A DNA stretch of 64,000 nt. It comes from Pachysolen tannophilus NRRL Y-2460. Its lineage: Eukaryota. Shown here piece after piece: positions 24,905-35,437 of the stretch. The translations under genes and the position numbers were made by a program. Location: positions 1,197,989 to 1,261,988 of the forward strand of contig KV454014.1 of assembly GCA_001661245.1 (NCBI GenBank). Direction: 5' to 3'. How positions within the stretch are numbered: position 1 is the stretch's first letter; each line of letters opens with the position of its first letter. The notes under the pieces were generated by a model. The model searched no databases and was not told the origin of the DNA. It saw only the letters and a list, made by a program, of their open reading frames with translations.

Positions 24905-25054
24905 TATCAACTATGACTATATCTACCTCAAAACTAATATATATATATATATATAGATTCGTCTTTTGAAAGTTATCAATCAGTACCTTTAACAACCTCT
25001 TCTTCCTATCTTTTTTAGCGTTAAAAATTTTTTTATTTTATTTTTTTTTTTGTA

Positions 25055-25068
25055 TGAAAAATTTTTCA
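25055..25068. promoter_or_regulatory. RRPE element (palindromic TGAAAAATTTTTCA) in the GAR1 promoter
   Basis: Exact RRPE consensus ~150 bp upstream of a ribosome-biogenesis gene. Confidence 0.7.
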
Positions 25069-25192
25069 GATGATGATGACGTGAAAAACACTACTTTTAT
25101 TTTAAATTGTACACATAGTTCAATTGGGTATATATGAGAATCAATTTAGTAATAGATATAATGATTGAAGTTGATGGGTAGGAGTTTTAACG

Positions 25193-28100
25193 ATGGTTAA
25201 TCAAAAGCGAAAGAATCTGGAGAAGAATCTGGAGAAGTCGTTTCAAAATACTGATAAGTTATCTGAATATGCTCAGAAGTATTGGCTTGGTAAAAAAAAT
25301 GTTAAAAAGATTGATAATAAATTGGTTGGTGAGATATGGTCAATGATATGTTCATCAGAGAATCAAGGGGAAATTATAGATTGTTTGAACAAGTTAGAAT
25401 ATTTACCTAGATTTTTGTGGCCTTTGTTTCATGAAGATGGTACTAGAGAACATGTTAATTCTGTAATTTTTTTGTTCCCATATTCATTAGATTTGGTTGT
25501 TACCGATAAGGTAAAGTTTAAACAACTTTATTTTAGAGTCTTATCAATGTATGCAAATATGGAAAGGTTAAATTTGAAAGATAAAGAGCATTTATTAAGT
25601 TTTATGAATTGTTTGATGTTGAATTTTGGTAATCTGATAGTGAAAGAAGTTATTAGTCCTTTAGTATCTATATCTTCATGGGAATTTTTAACTTATAAAG
25701 ATAATTTATTGATATCAACTGGATTAACTAAAGTTTATGAATCGGAATTAACAATTTTTAAAAAATTAAAAGGTGAAGAAAAGGGTAATGCATATTTACA
25801 GAAATGTTGGTTTTATAATTTATTAATTGATCATATGAAATTGTTATTACAAGTGAAACACACAGATGAAGAAGATATTGTACATTATAACAAAAAAATT
25901 GTTCAATTTTTAATCAATGTATTGTCTCAATTGCCAACCAGAAAATTTATAAACACTTTGGTAAAAGAGATAAGTTACTTAGCAGCTTTAAAAAAAATTT
26001 CACCTTCACCTTCAGTTGATTATATTCTGTTATTGGAGTATTTTGTTTTTTTCCCTATAAATGATTTTGAAAGCTCAATGGTAAATAAATCATTAGATCA
26101 ATTACATTCAGAAAAAATTTCTAAACTACAAAGAGTTGCATTTGCAGAATTTAATGATTCATTATCAGATTTGGCAACAACAAATTTTGGAAATTTAGAA
26201 GGAAATTTTAAAGAATTTTTTAATAAAATTGATGATTTAAAATTGGAAGAATTTTTAAGAAAAATTAATTTACAAATTGATTTCCCATTCAAAGTTGATA
26301 GAAATTTCATGTTAAAAGCAATAGAACTTAAATATAAGAGACCAACTACTGTATACGAAATATCTGAGACCATAAAGACTTTACCTAAGGAGTCAGATTT
26401 ATATAAAATTGAGCATGATTATCCAGCTACACTGGAAGGAAATTTTTTTTTAAATATTGAAGAATTTTTATTAAGAAATTTGACAACTTTGCAAAAAGAT
26501 TTTTTTAGAAAGATTGCTCATGATATTCAAGACACCATTAATAATTTAAAGATAAAAAATGATGAATTGAATGGGTTCAAGATAACTGGGAGTGATAGAT
26601 ACACTTTAGGAATTGATCAACATATAATTATCCACGAGATCGAACCTGCAACGATAGAATCAAAATATCCATTAAAAGTAAATGCAGAAATTATCATTGA
26701 TTATTTTAAAGTTAGTCATGAATTTAGAAAAGAATGGGATAATTTATCCAAAGGTGATATAGTTTTCTTGCTACAAATTATTAGGCCTGATTCTATATCT
26801 AATTCCACTAATTCCAAATCTAAACCTTCCAATGCGTTGAAATTAATGAGATCTGCCGAAGTCTTGGAAATATTAGATGGAAATGGGAAACCATTGAGCT
26901 CATTCTCAAAAAATGATAATCGTCGTAGAAGATTATATGTTAATATAGATCCTAAACAGTTTGTCAAAGATAGTTCAAAGATTTATGAAGGATTTAGTTT
27001 CATTGTGAGAAATCGTGATAATCTGCTTAAAAATCGAATGGATACTATTAAAGAGATCATCAAGTATGACAAAATTGAATTACCAGAATGGTTTAACGAT
27101 TATTTTCTTGGTTTTGAAAATATGAACAAATGTGATTATCGTAATCAAGAAAATAGACCTTTATTTTTAAAATTTAACGAAATTTTCAATTCAGTTGATA
27201 ATTTGAAAGATGTTTTTAAAGATTATAGTCTTAAATTTGGACTATCTGAAGAGGAACCAACTAAGAAAAAAAGAAAAGTGCTGATAGGAAACAAGAAAGA
27301 AGAAGAAGAATTTTTTTCAAAAAATAATGACATTGAATTTCCAGTTGCCATTGATTTTTCATTGGAAGCTAATAAAGAACTTACTGTTTGTCCTTATATA
27401 GATATCAGTTGTGAAAGCAAGCAGGACTTGGAAACAAAATTTTCTTCAAAAGAAATTGAATTATTGATTTCAGGAATGTCAACAGGTTTAACAGTAATAG
27501 AAGAAGAAAATATATCTTTACTTATAAAAATCATTAATAGCATAATTTACAATTTCCCAGAAGAGAGAATAGTAATAGTTTGCAAAGATTCTAAAAATTT
27601 ATCAGAGATACGGAATTTGTTGAATGTTAATGAATATGATATATATTTTACTACTAATAAGAATCAATCTAGTAAGAACGATGGTGGGAAATTGACTAAT
27701 TTGTTAAAAAATGTTGATACATTAGCTATTTTTTTACAAATAGATGGAGCTCATGGTGATTCTCCTGAAACTGCTATTTTTTTCTTTAAAAATAAGATTC
27801 AACCATTATGGTCAAATTTTTTAAAAAAATTACATGAAAAAGGTGCTACAAATGAAAATTTACTTCAATTATATCCATTCAATACAAACTCAGATACAAT
27901 TATTGACCTAAAAACAAATTTTGAAAAAAACTTAATACAAATAATAAACCATTACAGAAATAAAGTGCTTTCAATTTTTAATAACTTGAACCATTACAGA
28001 GAACAATTGGTTACACATGATGCTAAAATTTTAATGAAAAATTCAAAAATTATCTTAATGACTCCACAAGAAATCTTACAAAACTACAAGCACATGGGAA

Positions 28101-28225
28101 AAACAGATAGCATAATCTTACTCCATCAACTCCATCAACTCCATAACCATGACTTGGACCTAGAAATGTTGCTCCTATCAAATCAAAATCTAAAAAGAAT
28201 AATTAAAACCATTAGAACCGTATAG
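25193..28225 (+). CDS. Aquarius/IBP160/Cwf11-like spliceosomal protein, degenerate and C-terminally truncated
   Basis: Aquarius-like blocks LEYLPRFLWP, LSQLPTRKFINTL, LQRVAF, EWDNLSKGDIVFLL, LPEWFNDYFLGF, NFPEERIVIV, GAHGDSPETA; no GxxxxGKT. Confidence 0.75.
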   Translation: MVNQKRKNLEKNLEKSFQNTDKLSEYAQKYWLGKKNVKKIDNKLVGEIWSMICSSENQGEIIDCLNKLEYLPRFLWPLFHEDGTREHVNSVIFLFPYSLDLVVTDKVKFKQLYFRVLSMYANMERLNLKDKEHLLSFMNCLMLNFGNLIVKEVISPLVSISSWEFLTYKDNLLISTGLTKVYESELTIFKKLKGEEKGNAYLQKCWFYNLLIDHMKLLLQVKHTDEEDIVHYNKKIVQFLINVLSQLPTRKFINTLVKEISYLAALKKISPSPSVDYILLLEYFVFFPINDFESSMVNKSLDQLHSEKISKLQRVAFAEFNDSLSDLATTNFGNLEGNFKEFFNKIDDLKLEEFLRKINLQIDFPFKVDRNFMLKAIELKYKRPTTVYEISETIKTLPKESDLYKIEHDYPATLEGNFFLNIEEFLLRNLTTLQKDFFRKIAHDIQDTINNLKIKNDELNGFKITGSDRYTLGIDQHIIIHEIEPATIESKYPLKVNAEIIIDYFKVSHEFRKEWDNLSKGDIVFLLQIIRPDSISNSTNSKSKPSNALKLMRSAEVLEILDGNGKPLSSFSKNDNRRRRLYVNIDPKQFVKDSSKIYEGFSFIVRNRDNLLKNRMDTIKEIIKYDKIELPEWFNDYFLGFENMNKCDYRNQENRPLFLKFNEIFNSVDNLKDVFKDYSLKFGLSEEEPTKKKRKVLIGNKKEEEEFFSKNNDIEFPVAIDFSLEANKELTVCPYIDISCESKQDLETKFSSKEIELLISGMSTGLTVIEEENISLLIKIINSIIYNFPEERIVIVCKDSKNLSEIRNLLNVNEYDIYFTTNKNQSSKNDGGKLTNLLKNVDTLAIFLQIDGAHGDSPETAIFFFKNKIQPLWSNFLKKLHEKGATNENLLQLYPFNTNSDTIIDLKTNFEKNLIQIINHYRNKVLSIFNNLNHYREQLVTHDAKILMKNSKIILMTPQEILQNYKHMGKTDSIILLHQLHQLHNHDLDLEMLLLSNQNLKRIIKTIRTV

Positions 28226-28565
28226 AAGTATAGTTTGTTTGGTCGTGTTATCACACCACAAAATTCCGTTTCTTTTAATCACATGAAAGGGCGACTGTTA
28301 AAATACAACTAAAATGAGTATTTTATATATTTACCCAACTATATATATATATATATTTATATATATATAATTATTATATATATGTATTTGATTGATAAAT
28401 TCTTGAATTAATATTGGAAAGTATTAATTGAAGATTATTTAATTTTGCTTTGATAAAATTTCAAGTGTATTTGAATAATTTTAAATTTTTTAATTTATTT
28501 AGAAATCTTAAAAAGTAATTTCATAAAGAAAAAAGAAAAAAGAAAGAAAAATATAGAAAAAGAAA

Positions 28566-30299
28566 ATGTCTCAAAAGCTGCCTTTAGAGGATATTTTAAA
28601 GATTGAAGATGAACCTATAGGTTCATGGGCAGATGATGATATTGATATTTCAGCGCTTAGCATTCCGCCTATTTCTCCGAAGAGATCGCAGCCGCTGTTG
28701 GCCGATCATTCATATGAGAACGGTAATGGCTTTAATCATTATAATAATTCTGGTGCTAATCATTATCATGGTAGTTATGGTAACAACCATAATGATTATG
28801 GACATTCGAATTATACTCATTATGGGAGCGATAATAGATCATTTCATAATGGTGGCGGTGGATCCAATAGGTTCAATAATAGTTATGGCTATAATAATGG
28901 CAATAATTATAATAATTATAATAGTAATTATAATAATAGCTATAACAATAATAATAGATATGGTTCTTCTTCACATTCAACTAATGATGGCGGTGATTTT
29001 AACAACAATAATTATTCCACTTCACCAACAAAAAGATATCAGTCAAGTGATCGTTTTAATAATGGTAGTAGATTTAACAATAGAAATCTCAATGGGTTTA
29101 ATTCTCAATTCCCTTATTTGGGTGAGACAAATTCTTCTACAGCTAAATCACTTCCTCGAGCATTACCAGAAAGTACAACGACACCTACAATCATGTCACA
29201 TTCTTCTGCTGCTTCTAAACCGAAAACAAATCCTTTTGGTAATGCAAAACCTGTTGATATTGATCCAGCTAAAATTGAACAACTTACTCGTAAACCGAAG
29301 CTGAATCCATTTGGAAGTGCTAAACCTGTTGATCAATCTAAGATAGAGCTGGAAATCAAGAAAAAATTGCAAAAATTATCTGTTAATGGAACAACTTATC
29401 AATTAGGTGATACAAAAGTTGGGGAGAAAAGTAATAATAATAACGATAATGGAAATGACGAAGAGAAAGGAAAGAATAGCCAAGAAGAACAAGAACAAGA
29501 ACAAAGTGGACCTTGGAAGAATGAAACGTTAGCTGACAAATTAGCCGGTCGATTCCGTAATAAATATTCAAATTCTACATCATCTTCTCAAAAATCGTCA
29601 CATTCACCAACGCCCACTCCTAGTAACAATAATAATAGAAAGTTGAGTTTAAATTCATCCCAGAAGCCACAAACGAAACTTATATTGAGAAGGAAAAGTT
29701 CTTCTGCCGCAACAAACTCAGATTCAAGTGCTTCTTCAAGTTGGTCTACTGCAACGATAAAGAGAAAAGGATCTTCTTCCGCCAGTACTCCTGCTACTGG
29801 TTCTGTTGCTTCATTAGCGACCGGTAGAAGTGATGATAGCAATGGCAAAGATGTTGTTAAAGAAGATGGCAATTCTGCACATTTAAAGAATGGAGCAAGC
29901 CCAGGAGAAAAAACTGGGAAAATTGTGAAAACTGGAAAAAATGAATCAGTAGAAACAGGGAAAGAACCTACCAAGAAAATCTTGTCAAGAGGAAAAGATC
30001 CAAAGCTGAAAAATTTAGAAAATGAAGAGGTTGATAACAAGAAAGAGTCTAGTGATAGTGTCAGAGGTAAAACGGCTACTATGGAAACAAAAGCAGGGAA
30101 TGGTATAACTTCTACTCCAATGACCGAAAGAAACTCAACTAGTAGTAACAGAGGAAGAAGTCGAGGAGTTAGAGGCAGAACTAGGGGAAGAGGAAGAGCA
30201 AGGGGTAAAGGAACTTTCCATAATCTGATTTATGTCAGAAAAGATAATAGTGATAATAATAATAATAATAATAAAAATAATAATAATGATAGTAAATAA
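28566..30299 (+). CDS. Psp2/eIF4B-related low-complexity RNA-binding protein with no recognisable RRM
   Basis: N-terminal SWADDDID motif, two NPFG.AKPVD repeats followed by a coiled segment, C-terminal RG repeats. Confidence 0.6.
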   Translation: MSQKLPLEDILKIEDEPIGSWADDDIDISALSIPPISPKRSQPLLADHSYENGNGFNHYNNSGANHYHGSYGNNHNDYGHSNYTHYGSDNRSFHNGGGGSNRFNNSYGYNNGNNYNNYNSNYNNSYNNNNRYGSSSHSTNDGGDFNNNNYSTSPTKRYQSSDRFNNGSRFNNRNLNGFNSQFPYLGETNSSTAKSLPRALPESTTTPTIMSHSSAASKPKTNPFGNAKPVDIDPAKIEQLTRKPKLNPFGSAKPVDQSKIELEIKKKLQKLSVNGTTYQLGDTKVGEKSNNNNDNGNDEEKGKNSQEEQEQEQSGPWKNETLADKLAGRFRNKYSNSTSSSQKSSHSPTPTPSNNNNRKLSLNSSQKPQTKLILRRKSSSAATNSDSSASSSWSTATIKRKGSSSASTPATGSVASLATGRSDDSNGKDVVKEDGNSAHLKNGASPGEKTGKIVKTGKNESVETGKEPTKKILSRGKDPKLKNLENEEVDNKKESSDSVRGKTATMETKAGNGITSTPMTERNSTSSNRGRSRGVRGRTRGRGRARGKGTFHNLIYVRKDNSDNNNNNNKNNNNDSK

Positions 30300-30644
30300 T
30301 TTTTTTTTTTTGTTTTTTTGTTTTTTCGGGGTCTTTGTGTTAGTGTTTGTGTTTGTGTTTTCTTATGAAATGATGATGATGATGATGATATTGTTTATGG
30401 TGGGGTTTTATTTATTACAGTTTTGATAGATTACGCTTATGCTAATGTTTGTACGATAATATGGTTTTCTTTTTTTGACCTTTATAGTTAATATTAGTTA
30501 ATATTTGTGAAAAATGTCGATGAAATAATCTTGTTTTATATTGATATTTGCTAGCTCATAACTGAATATATTAACAAATAAATTAAATGTAATAATTAGT
30601 AGCTTAACGTTATTATTTAGGATTATCGATTAGGCAATCTATTA

Positions 30645-30890
30645 TGTTTAGTGTCGAAGTAGAAGTTGAGGCAATTGAATAATCGAGGAAAATATCATTT
30701 GAAAAATAAACTTTTGCTGGTTTTCCGTATTCGTAGGTGAGTGACTGAATGTTGAAAGCAATTCGTAGTATCTACCATTGGGTAAATAAGCATGAATGCC
30801 AACTTCAGTATAACAGTCAGCAGTAGTGGGATTAACCGGATTAACACCACTGCTATTGATGTTGTTGATTGTAAGCGCACTTTTAGAATA
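30645..30890 (+). ncRNA. Candidate structured non-coding RNA of unknown family
   Basis: Multi-stem fold by eye with G-U pairs favouring the + strand, e.g. ACAGTCAGCAG(30813)/TTGTTGATTGT(30862) and GAAGTT..GGCA/TGCC AACTTC. Confidence 0.25.
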
Positions 30891-31695
30891 TAACAATTAA
30901 TGTCTAGAAGAAGAGAGATTCCTTAAATAATTTTGTTGTGATTATAATTTCTTTCCAATAAGAAAACAGTGTAGTTTATAGCATACCATAGCTAAATGGA
31001 TAAAATATATATGATGTATTTGCTTAGAGTTTGAGTTCACGCATGCCAATAAACTTTTTATTGGGAAGAACGAGAATAAAGCCACTTGACAAAGTTGCAG
31101 ATATTGATTATATTGCAAGAAAATGCGGTCATCAGAATTCTATGCTTTCATGGGAGAATAAATGTTTGACAACCACTGCTCAGCTCTGGGTAACAAAACC
31201 AAGGCTGATTAAAAAAAAAATAACTACTTTGCTTTGTAATAAACAGTTGAACGATATCCAGTAATTTTGAAAATAAGCTTAACATTTTAAATACCCCAAA
31301 ATATTGGAAAACATTTAAATTTTGAAAAAACTCAAATTAATAGTTTACCAGTTACAAGTGATCAACTCAAAAGACTTTAGAGATCACTAATATCGGTAAT
31401 TCTTATATGATTCCCAAGTTACATTATTATTAGAGGTGAAACCCCTATTTTATGTATGCGAGTTAATGCATGAGTTGTCTTAAAAAGGAAGATGAGAAAA
31501 CTTAAATGCTTCTCTAAAGAAAACAAACAGGTTCTGGATTTTGCGACTACTCAATTAATTTGAATCTTATACAAATTACTTATTTATAAACAATATGACA
31601 CTATATATTAGGAAAATATTAATAGCTTAGGAATGGAAATAATCAGAAATAAAAAGAGAAAATCTAGTTTCACTTAAGCTTTTTAATTCTATTTT

Positions 31696-34149
31696 TCAAA
31701 ATCTCCAGTTTTCATCAGCACTTTGAATTGCCCAATTGAACTTTTCTCTCAAAGTCTTGGTAAATAATTTTTCTATTGGGACATTGAATTTTTTTGAAAA
31801 GACAACTGTTAATCTCGGGTCTATATAGTTAATTTTGGACGTGCCTAATGCAACTTGCGAGTTATCTTCTTTATCCTTGAGTTGTAATGTTGTATTGGTA
31901 ATTCTTTGATCTAATTTTTCAATTTGAGCCTCCAATTTTTCAACAGTTATATTTGAGGGTTTTACTTCTGGTTTCCCTGTTTTCAACTCTTTCTTGTATT
32001 CTTTTTCCAACTCTTTTACTTTATCTAGTTTTTCTTTTAATTCCTCTTTTGGTAAAGGTTCCAAACCTTCGAGCTTTCTCTTTTCGTTATCTCTTATAAA
32101 TTTTTTTTCCCATTTATCCTTTTCTCTTTCTATAATTACTTTATGTATATTTTCTTCATCTTCTTTGGAAATGTCATCAAGTTCTTCAAAAAACTTTGGA
32201 TTTTTTTTCAATAATTTTTTATCCAATTGTAACATCATTTTTTTGAACCTAATCTTTTGCCACACCATTTCTTTTATTCTATCCTGAATTTTGGTGACTC
32301 CAGCTTCATGACCTTTAGCAATAGTACGCTGATGATTACATAATATGGCAACTGTTCTGTTGGCGGCATTAAACTTGACAACTTTTTCATTTACAGTACC
32401 CTCATTTTTAATCAAATCTAATTGATCTTGCATAGTCTTGGAAGCGTTATAAGTACGGAAAACTTTTGCAGTTAAACCAGGCATATAATTTTGTAAATGT
32501 TTGTTCAAAATAGAAGGATCCAATCTATCAAATAAATCATCACCAGGTTTCTTTGGAGCTTTTTTGAAAATTCTTAAATTTTTGAAAACTTGTGGATCTA
32601 CTTCAACTTCTTGGTAAAATCTTATAGAATCTTTACCCAAGAAATCAAATATAACCTTATTTGGAGGTTTTAATGTAACATGTTCAAAACGTAATGAACA
32701 ACAACCTACAGTATCAGCTTCTTCTTCAGATTTTTCACCACCTGCTCTTAAAGCAAATACATCAATAAGGTATGTAGCAGTGGCAATTTGTCTATCCAAC
32801 ATCAATTGAGATTTTAAATTTTTCTTATAATTTTCTCTAATGACATCAATATGATATTTTAATTCTCTTGCTTTTTCAAATTTTTTAAAATCACTCATAC
32901 CTTTTAATGAAGAATTTGCAGCAAATCTAACATATTTAAAACTATTGGAAATATTTTCTCTCCACATAGCTAACCATGAAACATTATTATCATGTCTAAC
33001 TTCAGCCCATTGATGTCCTTCAGGAGGTGGAGGAACTGGTGCATCTTTACTCAAATTTAAAACCACATCTTCTGGTTTAACTCTTCTTTTTAATTTACCT
33101 GTTTTTGGATGAGCACCACGTCCTCTAAATAATCCTGGAGGTTCAATTCTAAAATTTCCAACTTGTTCTTTTCTACCATTTAAAAGACAAGTTTTATATT
33201 TTTCTTCAAAAGCTTCTTTTTCCAATTTAATTGCTTTCTTTTCAGCCAGAGATAAATTTTTCTTTTCACCTCTTTTTTGTTCAAAATACAGGAACATTAC
33301 AGAAAAATCACATTTAGAAAATTCTTTTATATCTGCATCTTTACAACCACCACTTTCTTTTAAAACTTTTAAAAAATCATTAAAGAAATTTTTTTGGAAA
33401 ACTGGATTTTTAGCATGATCTGTTTCTAACATAGCAGCATAAAATCCAGCAACTTCTTCAGCATCTGGAGGTAAAGAAACACGTTTACCATCATAAATAA
33501 GCTTTACTGATTTGGGTAAAGGTTCATATTCTGGAGGAAAAATAACACCATTATGTTCCAAAGATTCCCATTTTATCTCTCCATCCATATCATCAAGTTC
33601 CCACCATTTATGAATTTCTTCTTCTTCTTTTTCCTTTTCTTCCTCTGCTTTAATACTGGCGCTTGGTGTCTCTTCCTTCTTAATAGTACTAGATTTCTTT
33701 ATCAGTTTACCATTTTTTTTAGGTAAAGCAGCTTTCCCATTGACATTATTTTCTTTTTCTTTCTTAACTTTGACTTTGGACTCTTTTTTCACTTTAACTT
33801 GAGCTTTTTTCTTTGGAGTAATTTTTCTTTTTTTCTTTTGAACAAAAGGCTCATCGTCATCATCGTTATCGTCGTTATCGTCGTTATCCTCAGACTCAGA
33901 CTCAGACTCATCTTTTATCTTCTTTTTATGTTTAGAAACTCGTCTTCTTTTTGTACCAATTGGTTCATTGGAATCATTAGAATCATCAACATCATCATCA
34001 TCATCATCAACTGAAGTATTTGTAGTACTAGCGTTATTGGTCTGACTGAGCCTGGCTAACGGCAAATCATCACCAGAATCCAACTTGATTTCATTTCTCA
34101 GTCTCTTCCGCTTACTCAAGCCAACATTGTCCTCGTCGCTTGAGCTCAT
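31696..34149 (-). CDS. TOP1: DNA topoisomerase I (type IB)
   Basis: [37 protein letters not shown]; catalytic Tyr in SKINYIDPR. Confidence 0.98.
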   Translation of the reverse strand: MSSSDEDNVGLSKRKRLRNEIKLDSGDDLPLARLSQTNNASTTNTSVDDDDDDVDDSNDSNEPIGTKRRRVSKHKKKIKDESESESEDNDDNDDNDDDDEPFVQKKKRKITPKKKAQVKVKKESKVKVKKEKENNVNGKAALPKKNGKLIKKSSTIKKEETPSASIKAEEEKEKEEEEIHKWWELDDMDGEIKWESLEHNGVIFPPEYEPLPKSVKLIYDGKRVSLPPDAEEVAGFYAAMLETDHAKNPVFQKNFFNDFLKVLKESGGCKDADIKEFSKCDFSVMFLYFEQKRGEKKNLSLAEKKAIKLEKEAFEEKYKTCLLNGRKEQVGNFRIEPPGLFRGRGAHPKTGKLKRRVKPEDVVLNLSKDAPVPPPPEGHQWAEVRHDNNVSWLAMWRENISNSFKYVRFAANSSLKGMSDFKKFEKARELKYHIDVIRENYKKNLKSQLMLDRQIATATYLIDVFALRAGGEKSEEEADTVGCCSLRFEHVTLKPPNKVIFDFLGKDSIRFYQEVEVDPQVFKNLRIFKKAPKKPGDDLFDRLDPSILNKHLQNYMPGLTAKVFRTYNASKTMQDQLDLIKNEGTVNEKVVKFNAANRTVAILCNHQRTIAKGHEAGVTKIQDRIKEMVWQKIRFKKMMLQLDKKLLKKNPKFFEELDDISKEDEENIHKVIIEREKDKWEKKFIRDNEKRKLEGLEPLPKEELKEKLDKVKELEKEYKKELKTGKPEVKPSNITVEKLEAQIEKLDQRITNTTLQLKDKEDNSQVALGTSKINYIDPRLTVVFSKKFNVPIEKLFTKTLREKFNWAIQSADENWRF

Positions 34150-34366
34150 CTTACTTCACTTTTACTCGAACCAATTATTGTGAAATGACAAAAGAAAAAA
34201 AAAAAAAATAAATTATAAAAAGAGAGAAAAAACTCGATTTTTCTTTTATTTTTCTTTTTTTTGGATTTTTGAAAAAAAAAAAAAAAAAAAAAAATCAGAA
34301 CTTCTCCGGAGAAGATTTGAGCTTCCGCGTTTTTTCCATTGAGGAGATACGTTTTTTCCAAAAATA

Positions 34367-34372
34367 ACGCGT
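34367..34372. promoter_or_regulatory. MCB-like ACGCGT in the TOP1/MCM21 divergent promoter
   Basis: Exact ACGCGT plus a nearby CCGCGT (34325) in CpG-poor DNA. Confidence 0.5.
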
Positions 34373-34555
34373 ATTTTCTCCGATGCGGAGGAAAATCCAA
34401 AAAACCCCCAAAAAACCCATTTTAAGTATGTAATAATTTTAATATATGTGTTTACCAATAAATTTGTTATTATTATGTTTATAAAGTATATAAAGAATAA
34501 TTAATTAATGAATTAATTAATTAATTAAATAATTAATGGCAAGCAGTAATTGAGG

Positions 34556-35344
34556 ATGATATCTTTGAATGATTTTAAACAGGATATAACTTCTTTGGAG
34601 TCGGAGATATCTGAGCTTGATCAAGAGTATGAAGCGCTCACGTTGAAATATAATGAATTGTTGTTAAGGGTAAAAGATAATAAGCGCGGTAATGATGATG
34701 GGGAAGGAAAGCAAGTTTTTAATAATGAAGAAATGAGCGTACCTCTGCTGATTGAACATCAATATTTTGATCCATCTATACTGAGATTTTTCGATGTTGA
34801 GGTTGAGAGGTCTGTATCTGTGCCTGCAACTGTGCCTGTGCCTGTTGAAGAAAAAGAACAAAGGTTGGGTGATAGGAAAAGACAGAAGATTGATGATGGT
34901 GGTGATCAAGAAGATCTGCATTCATTATTATCCAAGATAAATCTAGAGAATTTATACAGGTTGAATACAATAACGGCGTTTCCAATAAACGATCCGTCGT
35001 TATTTGATCTGGAACTCGAATCTCTGGAACTTAAGTCTCAGCAAAAAGATTTTAATAGTCTAGAATATTTAGGGATAAGGTTTGATCTATTCAACAATAC
35101 TTTAAAAAAATTTCACAAACCACATTATATTATCTTGAAAAAAATTAAAAAAAATAATAATTGGCAAATATTTAAAACCACCATACCAAATTATATAGAA
35201 TTGAGTGATAGTGATAAATGGCTAAATGTCGATCTAAGAAAATTTGCAACCACTGTTAGGAGAAAATTAATACTAATCCAAGTCAATAAAGAAAAGCGAA
35301 AGGAATTGGAATTGAAACTAGCGGAACCAGCAACCAGCAGTTAA
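34556..35344 (+). CDS. MCM21: Kinetochore COMA subunit Mcm21 / CENP-O-like
   Basis: N-terminal coiled coil, ENLYRLNTITAFPINDP, YLGIRFDLF, PHYIILKK, FKTTIP; convergent with a FIT-family gene as in S. cerevisiae. Confidence 0.8.
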   Translation: MISLNDFKQDITSLESEISELDQEYEALTLKYNELLLRVKDNKRGNDDGEGKQVFNNEEMSVPLLIEHQYFDPSILRFFDVEVERSVSVPATVPVPVEEKEQRLGDRKRQKIDDGGDQEDLHSLLSKINLENLYRLNTITAFPINDPSLFDLELESLELKSQQKDFNSLEYLGIRFDLFNNTLKKFHKPHYIILKKIKKNNNWQIFKTTIPNYIELSDSDKWLNVDLRKFATTVRRKLILIQVNKEKRKELELKLAEPATSS

Positions 35345-35437
35345 GTCCAACTAGTCAAAATTGAAAATTGTTTTAATAATCAAAAAGGAAAAAAAAAAAG
35401 GTTCTTTTTTTTTTTTGTTGTTGTTGTTGTTGTTGTT

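Noticed and set aside
28633..29304. 223-aa hydrophobic overlapping ORF and other nested or antisense ORFs (e.g. 29588-30040, 53540-54064, 61157-61600)
   Set aside because: Shadow frames of low-complexity or codon-biased genes; no independent evidence
28566..30299. Canonical TIF3 (eIF4B) assignment
   Set aside because: No RRM and no DW..R repeats; closer to Psp2
30765..30773. U2-like GTAGTATCT (and U4-like TTTTGCTGGTT at 30712)
   Set aside because: Flanking conserved snRNA sequence is absent; short chance matches
30648..31264. Short ORFs in the PSP2-like/TOP1 gap
   Set aside because: Mostly non-ATG starts, under 85 aa, no recognisable motifs; a relic gene cannot be excluded
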